Of a DNA stretch of 64,000 bases, positions 56,193 to 64,000 are shown one piece after another (within the stretch, counting starts at the first letter, position 1; every line of letters starts with the position of its first letter). The translations under genes were made by a program, and so were the position numbers. Under the pieces are notes generated by a model. The model saw nothing but the letters and a program-made list of their open reading frames with translations. It did not search any database and was not told where the DNA came from. The stretch is from Haliotis rubra (lineage: Eukaryota). The DNA lies in contig NW_025767634.1 of the NCBI RefSeq assembly GCF_003918875.1, positions 1,054,001 through 1,118,000 on the forward strand. The letters run 5' to 3'.

Positions 56193-56194
56193 CC

Positions 56195-56361
56195 TTAACT
56201 CCCCTGAGCAACCTCTTCTTCTGTGTCCTTGCTGTAGATGGCTGATCCCGTCAGTTTGGTCTTGAGAGGCACTAGCAGCATTATGACACCGCTGGCTAAG
56301 ACCAGTGCCCCAGCTGTGTACAGTGCCAAGTCATAGATACCAAAGCTGTCCTTCAACAGGC
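56195..56361 (-). CDS. MCT exon 4 LLKDSFGIYDLALYTAG...AQGS*
   Basis: tttcag acceptor; TAA at 56197-56195. Confidence 0.92.
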
Positions 56362-59300
56362 CTGAAACACAGAGTGAGTGAGTGAGTTTAGTTTCACACC
56401 GCTTTTAGCAATATTCCAGCAATATCACGGCAGGGGACACCAGAAATGGGCTTCACACATTGTATCCAGATGGGGAAAAGAACCCGGGTCTTCAGCATGA
56501 GAAGCGAACGCTTTAACCACTAGGCTACCCCACAGCCCCCTGAAACACAGAACATTACAGCCACTGTGCACTGTGTGTTAACATATCTATTAGCATCAGT
56601 CCATTAGATAGACCTAACTTCTCAATGACATGTAACATATTTATAGGATTAGTAATAACTCACATAGGGGATGTTCTTTTAAACTTCAACACTGTGTTGG
56701 CATGGAAACCCTGCTAACCTTGCCAAATACCACTATATACGGCAAAACGCCATGATTCTGTACTCTTTGTATGTAAACATAAAATGTAAATGTTGTGTTG
56801 AAGTGACAAAATAACCTCAACTTATTGCAGTTATATCCACAGCATTTCAACTCAGTATTGCAGGGAAGCCTAAAGTTGCTGGTCTCCATTACCAGATCGG
56901 AGAATCTAATCAGCACAAATATGGGTAAGCGAGTTTAGTTTAACACTCAGCACTATTCCAGCTATATGGCGGCGGTCTGTAAATAATCGAGTCTGGACCA
57001 GACAATCCAGGTATCAACAGCACGAGCATCAATATACGCAATTGGGATACAATGACATGTGTCAACCAAGTCAGCGAGCCTGACCACCCAATCACGTTAT
57101 TTGCCTCTTACGACAAGCATGGATTACTGAAGACCAATACTAACACGGACCTTCACGGGTTAGTTACCTGCGATTGGAGGTCCAGCAAAACATCCCACAC
57201 CATTGGACAGCATGAGGTAGCCAACGCCATCACCCAGATTCTCGGGGCCCAGCAGGTCAGACGTCAAGATAAGAAGCAGGCCCAGGATGCCCCCAAACCC
57301 AAGTCCAACAACACCATGAAGCATCACCATGGTACCATACGTCTTAGCTACTGGGAAGCAAATAACTCCAATGCCTGCCAGTAAACATACCAGTACATAC
57401 AAGAAAATCCTGTTCATCCAACGGAAGTTACCGATGAAACCTGTCACAAGAGAACCTAAGAAAGTACAAAGACCTAAAACAGTCAGCATATAAGCAGCTT
57501 CTATACTTGTAATGCCTAGTGATGTTAGAATGAAATCTGGTCCAAATGTCACCACCATATTTAGACCCATATTCCACATTATATTACTGACAAAAAACAC
57601 ATCGAATTCAAAAACACAAAAACCAAAAAAATGTCGGAATCTTTTTTCTTTTGTTTCATTATCATGATTACTTTTTTCTTCTGTATTTTCTAACATAGTT
57701 TCATCTTCTATCTTCTTCTTAGGTCTAGGCAAGGGACGTAAGAGGAGGCCGAATACGAACAGATTTAACATCAAACCTGCCACTATAATCAGCGACCCGC
57801 GCCATGTATAGACTTCAATAAGGTAGCCAACTATTATGGGGAAAACTGTCATCCCGAGCCCAGAACCTGCTGTAGCGACCCCGGTGGCGAGACTGGTGTG
57901 CTTGTGATAGTACAGCCCGCTCATCACGTGAGATGGGACATACACGAAGCAAAACCCCACACCTGAAACAGACAGCATTTCATATCCAGTGTGCTGACAC
58001 ATATATCGGCAAAAAACTTTGACAAGACAACAAATGTCAAACTACACTCAACAAGGAGAGAATATGTCGTCTTTATCTGATAAACATTTAAACCCAACTC
58101 TCCACAGAGCGTACATGTAGTCTATATCTCAAATATCTAAACCCAGCTTTCCACAGAGCGTACATGTAGTCTATGTCTCATACACACCTGCACTCACTCC
58201 CCACAGAGTGTACATGTAGTCAATATCTCATACACACCTGCACCCACTCCCCACAGAGTGTACAGGTAGTCTATATCTCATACACACACCCACTCCCAGA
58301 CAGAAAAGAGTACAACAGTCCATATACACAGGTAGTCAGCATATCCATGCATACACCTGCCTGCACACAAACAATATCGCCTGAGCATAAATGTAGTCCA
58401 TATCTGAACTCTGCCGCTATACACACCTGCACCCACTCCCACACAGAGGATGTACATGTAGTCCATATCCTGCACCATGGACTGGTATACAGGTGTTCTA
58501 ACAGTCAGACAGCACTCACCCACAGAGCATACATGTAGTCCATATCCATAACACCTGCATCTCATACACCTCAAATGCACCTGCACACTCCCCACAGAGC
58601 ATACATGTAGTCTATATCTCATACACACCTGCACCCCTCTGGGGTGTACATGTAGTCCCTCAAATTGTACACCTGTAGTCCATATCTCATACACACCTGC
58701 ACCCATTCCCCACAGAGTGTACATGTAGTCTATATCTCATACACACCTGCACCCACTCCCCACAGAGTGTACATGTAGTCTATATCTCATACACACCTGC
58801 ACCCACTCCCCACAGAGGCATGTACAGGTAGTCTATATCTCATACACACCTGCACCCACTCCCCACAGAGTGTACATGTAGTCTATATCTCATACACACC
58901 TGCACCCACTCCCCACAGAGTGTACATGTAGTCCATATCTCATACACACCTGCACCCACTCCCCACAGAGTGTACATGTAGTCTATATCTCATACACACC
59001 TGCACCCACTCCCCACAGAGCGTACATGTAGTCTATATCTCATACACACCTGCACCCACTCCCCACAGAGTGTACATGTAGTCCATATCTCATACACACC
59101 TGCACCCACTCCCCACAGAGGGTACAGGTAGTCTATATCTCATACACACCTGCACCCACTCCCCACAGAGCATACATGTAGTCCATATCTCATACACACC
59201 TGCACCCACTCCCCACAGAGTGTACATGTAGTCCATATCTCATACACACCTGCACCCACTCCCCACAGAGCATACATGTAGTCCATATCTCATACACACC

Positions 59301-62300
59301 TGCACCCACTCCCCACAGAGTGTACATGTAGTCTATATCTCATACACACCTGCACCCACTCCCCACAGAGTTTACATGTAGTCCATATCTCATACACACC
59401 TGCACCCACTCCCCAGAGAGTACACAGAGCATACATGTAGTCCATATCTCATACACACCTGCACCCACTCCCCACAGAGTGTACATGTAGTCTATATCTC
59501 ATACACACCTGCACCCACTCCCCACAGAGCTGTACAGGTAGTCTATATCTCATACACACCTGTCCCACTATCCATACACACCTGCATACATGTAGTCCAT
59601 ATATCTCATACACAGGCACCCACATGTAGTCTATATCTCATCCACACTCACCTGCACCCACCCACCCCCACAGTGTGTACATGTAGTCCATATCTCATAC
59701 ACACCTGCACCCACTCCCCACAGAGCGTACATGTAGTCTATATCTCATACACACCTGCACCCACTCCCCACAGAGTGTACATGTAGTCCATATCTCATAC
59801 ACACCTGCACCCACTCCCCACAGAGTGTACATGTAGTCTATATCTCATACACACCTGCACCCACTCCCCACAGAGTGTACATGTAGTCTATATCTCATAC
59901 ACACCTGCACCCACTCCCCACAGAGCGTACATGTAGTCTATATCTTATACACACCTGCACCCACTCCCCACAGAGCGTACATGTAGCCTATGCTTTGGCA
60001 GGAAGGGCACACAGAGTATGCTGGCGGAACTCAGGCCAGCACCGATCAATACAATGGTTCGATGACTCAAATAGTTCATCAACAAACTGGCAAGTGGACC
60101 TGTAGAAAAAACATTATATTTCACAAAGCAACATAAATACATGAGAATACATGGGACAGGGTTTCACCAAGCCCTTGAAAGTAATGGCCCATCATGACTC
60201 ACTGCATACCAACACAAAGGGTTTCACCTAGCATATGAAAGTAATGAGTCATCATGACTCACTGCATACCAACACAATGGGTTTCATCTAGCATATGAAA
60301 GTAATGAGTCATTATGACTCACTGCATACCAACACAAAGGGTTTCACCTAGCATATGAAAGTAATTAGTCATCATGACTCACTGCATACCAACACAAAGG
60401 GTTTCACCTAACATATGAAAGTAATGAGTCATCATGACACTGCATCATAACTCACTGCATACCAACACAAAGGGTTTCACCTAGCATATGTAAGTAATGA
60501 GTCATCATGACTCACTGCATACCAACAGAAAGGGTTTCACCTAGCATGACTCATCACTGCATACCAACACAAAGGGTTTCACCTAACATATGAAAGTAAT
60601 GAGTCATCATGACTCACTGCATATACAGAAAGGGTTTCACCTATAGTTTGGCATGACATAAAGGTCAACGTTCAATCAATGTAGGTCAGCTATGTACGTT
60701 TCATGTAATCCGACACCTTATAAATCGGTTTTGCTATGTTTGCTCTCTTTTTAAAAATTCAACACATTTCTAATTAAATGTTTAGCATCATCTGAATAAG
60801 CTTTCATGATGACAACTAGAAGTAGTCAATGTGAATGATCCAAAGCGGTCTATCACTGTGCACTGCACAGGTAACTATCATGAACTGCATGTGCATTTAC
60901 CTTTATGACCCAACACTGCTGCTGTTACAGGTCATTGGCTCCCTCCCTCTGCAAGCTGTCTGCGTTCTGCTGTTTATTTTGTTGACAGTTACATAGACAG
61001 ATTCTTTAATACAAATGCATAAAATCGGTGATTTACAATGTGATTAGGTTGTCTGACACAACATCCACTTGCACAGTTTGAGATCGATTGGGCCATTGGA
61101 TGAAGAGATATTTACAAAAAGACGGGTCCACATGCATTTCATGCCAAACTATAGCATATAAAAGCAATGAGTGATCATGACTCATTGCATACCAACACAA
61201 AGGGTTTCTACATGTGTGAGTGAGTATGAAACTACATGTGTATGTGAGTATGAAACTACATGTGTGTATGAGTATGAAACTACATGTGTGAGTGAGTAGG
61301 AAACTACATGTGTGAGTGAGTAGGAAGCTACATGTGTGTGTGAGTATGAAACTACATGTGTGTGAGTATGAAACTACATGTGTGAGTGAGTATGGAACTA
61401 CATGTGTGTGAGTATGAAACTACATGTGAGTGAATATGTGAGTGAATATGAAACTACATGTGTTTGCGAGTATGAAACTACATGTGTGTATGAGTATGAA
61501 ACTACATGTGTGTGTGAGTATGAAACTACATGTGTGTGTGAGTATGAAACTACATGTGTTTGCGAGTATGAAACTACATGTGTGTATGAGTATGAAACTA
61601 CATGTGTGTGTGTGTATATGAAACTACATGTGTGTGTGAGTAGTGAAACTACATGTGTGAGCTACAGTATGTGAAACTACATGTGTGAATGAGTATGAAA
61701 CTACATGTGTTTGTGAGTATGAAACTACATGTGTGATGTGAGCATGAAACTACATGTGTGTGTGAGTATGAAACTACATGTGTTTTGCTAGTATGAAACT
61801 ACATGTGTGTATGAGTATGAAACTACAAGTGTGTGTGAGTATGAAACTACATGTGTGTGTGAGTATGAAACTACATGTGTGAGCGAGTATGAAACTACAT
61901 GTGTGAATGAGTATGAAACTACATGTGTGTGTGTGTGAATATGAAACTACATGTGTGAGTGAGTATGAAACTACATGTGAGTGAGTGTGAAACTACATGT
62001 GTGAGTGAGTGTGAAACTACATCTATGTGTGAATATGAAACTACATGTGTGAGCAAGTATGAAACTACATGTGTGAGTGAGTATGAAACTACATGTGTGA
62101 GCGAGTATGAAACTACAAGTGAGTGAGTATGAAACTACATGTGTGAGTATGAAACTACATGTGTGAGTATGAAACTACATGTGTGAGTGAGTATGAAACT
62201 ACATGTGTGAGTGAGTATGAAACTACATGTGTGAGTATGAAACTACATGTGTGAGTGAGTATGAAACTACATGTGTGAGCGAGTATGAAACTACATGTGT

Positions 62301-62621
62301 GCGCGAGTATGAAACTACATGTGTGAGCGAGTATGAAACTACATGTGTGAGTGAGTATGAAACTACATGTGTGAGTGAGTATGTAGTATGGTGGCCAGGT
62401 TGTATTGGTGAAGTTGTGGAACACTTACCTGAACCGAGGAAGCAGCCAGTGTTTATGGCTGCCACTAACGACACTGAGAAGGCGTCATCACCTGTGATAG
62501 CAAGTAACTCGATATTGTATAGGCCAATCGACAGACCTGTGCCGAACGCTAGAAACTGGATCATGAAGGCTGACAAGATGATGGCCAGCCCCCAGTATCC
62601 TCCATTCACATCCCTGATCAT
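56195..62621 (-). CDS. MFS monocarboxylate-transporter-like protein (SLC16/MCT family), ~430 aa, 4 coding exons
   Basis: N-terminal DVNGGYWG (MCT PDGGWGW-like); GPLAS..; SLATGVATAGSGLG; YTWRGSLIIVAGLMLN; GVGCFAGPPIAG; multiple TM helices; three phase-1 introns. Confidence 0.93.
56374..56538 (-). mobile_element. SINE family A inserted at the MCT exon 4 acceptor
   Basis: 13-bp TSD cctgaaacacaga at 56361 and 56539. Confidence 0.93.
56928..57160 (-). mobile_element. SINE-like family B, ~7 nt from the MCT exon 3 donor
   Basis: Full-length reverse-complement copy. Confidence 0.88.
57168..57962 (-). CDS. MCT exon 3 (TM4-TM11)
   Basis: tttcag|...|gtaact; 795 nt, open. Confidence 0.95.
58090..59990. 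repeat. 50-bp minisatellite overlapping the MCT exon 2 donor junction
   Basis: catacacacctgcacccactccccacagagtgtacatgtagtctatatct. Confidence 0.97.
59955..60099 (-). CDS. MCT exon 2 GPLASLLMNYLSHR...PFLP(SIGYMYALWGVGA), with a 1-nt frameshift
   Basis: tacag acceptor, gtgtgt donor; 145 nt versus 144 needed; extra base probably at 59994-59996. Confidence 0.87.
60158..60645. repeat. 60-bp minisatellite carrying paired TGA(C/G)TCA motifs
   Basis: gggtttcacctagcatatgaaagtaatgagtcatcatgactcactgcataccaacacaaa. Confidence 0.93.
61208..62382. repeat. 24-bp minisatellite in MCT intron 1
   Basis: gagtatgaaactacatgtgtgagt. Confidence 0.97.
62429..62621 (-). CDS. MCT exon 1 MIRDVNGGYWG...TGCFLGS
   Basis: ATG preceded by an in-frame TAA; donor gtaagt. 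Confidence 0.9.
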
Positions 62622-63148
62622 GGCTGCTGACCAAACGTCTACTGACTGCAGCAGTTAGGATGGATGATTAACACTGGCTGTGGCTCAATGCAAACAATTT
62701 TCCAATTCTATCGGAACACGTGTTGATCAATTCAGAAGTTAACTGGTGTGGAACTTCTGATCTTTGTGGTTTTATACACGTTCATGCAAAGTATTGGCTC
62801 CTCAGAAACTTTTCCACGGGTGGTTTAAGCATCAGGTTGCTTAAAGAAGATGTGATATTCTTTTATGTACCTAGTCATGATGCTGCATAGGTGGTTGAAG
62901 AATAAGGTTGCTTCAGATAATCGCATACCCCTTGTGTCTACCACTGACAACACCATGCTCAACACTGAAGGGATGCACGCACCACAAGCGTTGAAGTTTA
63001 CGATGATCTAGTCATGGTTGCATTCCTGAAATTAAATGAAAACTGAGTCAGCACATGGTAACACAGCCTGGGTGGCTACTTAACTGATATCGCTTTCCTC
63101 GGGGTCAATAGGGCACTGTAGCTTACCTTCATTTATACACAAAATATA

Positions 63149-63318
63149 GTGAGTGAGTGAATGAGTTTGGTTTTATGCCCCTTTTAGGTATATCACGCAA
63201 TATCATGGTGGGGGTCAGCAGAAATGGGCTTCACACATTTTATCCATGTGGGGAATAGAACCCGATCCTTTGGCGTGATGAGCGAATGCTTTAACCACTA
63301 GGCTACCCCACCTTCCCA
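63149..63318 (-). mobile_element. SINE family A
   Basis: TSD cacaaaatatag. Confidence 0.88.
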
Positions 63319-63499
63319 CAAAATATAGAACTTCAAATTACAGTAAAGACAACAATATGAAATACTGTTTACCCTGCGACAATCACCATGTGATTCTTTT
63401 CAATAACTACACATTATTTTCAAAGAAAATGCATCTGTGTAGAAGGGACCAAAATGATAATACATGCAGACTTTGAGTTTTGATTTTTGTAAAGTGAAA

Positions 63500-63668
63500 G
63501 TAAAACTGTGACTATGGTTTTACACCACTTTTAGCAATATTCGAGCAATATCATGGCAGGGGGACACCCGAAATGGGTTTCAAACATTGTACCCATGTGG
63601 GGATTCGTGCCCAGGTCTTCAGCATGATGAGTGAACGCTTTAACCACTAGGCTACCCCACCGCCCCTT
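63500..63668 (-). mobile_element. SINE family A
   Basis: Family body; flanking aaagtgaaa. Confidence 0.87.
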
Positions 63669-63909
63669 TTAAAGTGAAAACATATCCCTGGACATGTTAA
63701 CGCAATTAATTTTTACATACACCATTTAATCCTGTCTTATATATATACTTTATTTATTTTTTTAGAAGAAATTGTAAAATATATTTGTTCAGGGCATTTT
63801 GAGAAGAGGCTAAGTTTCATAAGCTCACTTGGACTTCAATCCTGCAAAACTCAGTGATCAGTGATTGAGAATTGTTTTACACTGTTTTAGCTATATTCCA
63901 GCAAAATCT

Positions 63910-64000
63910 TGGCGGTGGGGTAGCCTAATGGTTAAAGCGTTGGCTCGTCACGCCGAAGACCCAGGTTCGCATCCCCACATGGGTACAATGTGTGAAGCCC
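63910..64000 (+). mobile_element. SINE family A, cut by the window end
   Basis: ggcggtggggtagcctaatggttaaagcg... Confidence 0.85.

Noticed and set aside
54543-56245. Long ORFs (up to 379 aa; HQCTDLCL, MYRSMPPS, ASINVQIY repeats)
   Set aside because: Translations of a stop-free 24-bp minisatellite in every frame; no unique coding context.
58173-62424. Repeat-derived ORFs, and regularly spaced repeats resembling a CRISPR array
   Set aside because: Head-to-tail minisatellites without unique spacers, in eukaryotic DNA with no cas genes.

Overview
Animal genomic DNA, AT-rich and intron-rich; the repeat families suggest a mollusc, but that is inference. Two convergent protein-coding genes are present. 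(1) On + is the 3' ~90% of a non-muscle myosin II heavy chain gene (MYH9/MYH10/zipper type): 31 traceable constitutive exons from 1686 to the stop at 44732. It has a U12-type minor intron, a GC-AG intron and two candidate alternative microexons: an 18-nt loop-1 insert, and a 10-nt stop-containing exon that would delete the tailpiece. It also shows one homopolymer frameshift and an apparent absence of the exons encoding switch II. (2) On - is a 4-coding-exon MFS/SLC16 monocarboxylate-transporter-like gene (62621-56195), embedded in minisatellites, one of which is an amplified copy of its own exon/donor junction. Two unrelated DIRS1-type tyrosine-recombinase retrotransposons sit in myosin introns (14018-20548, full architecture; 41019-44378, lacking RT/RNase H). 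The rest is three SINE-like families, HINE/Helentron-like elements with internal tandem arrays, MITEs and two Penelope-like palindromes with hammerhead-like remnants. Most ORFs in the supplied track are spurious. All coordinates were read by eye; repeat boundaries are approximate.
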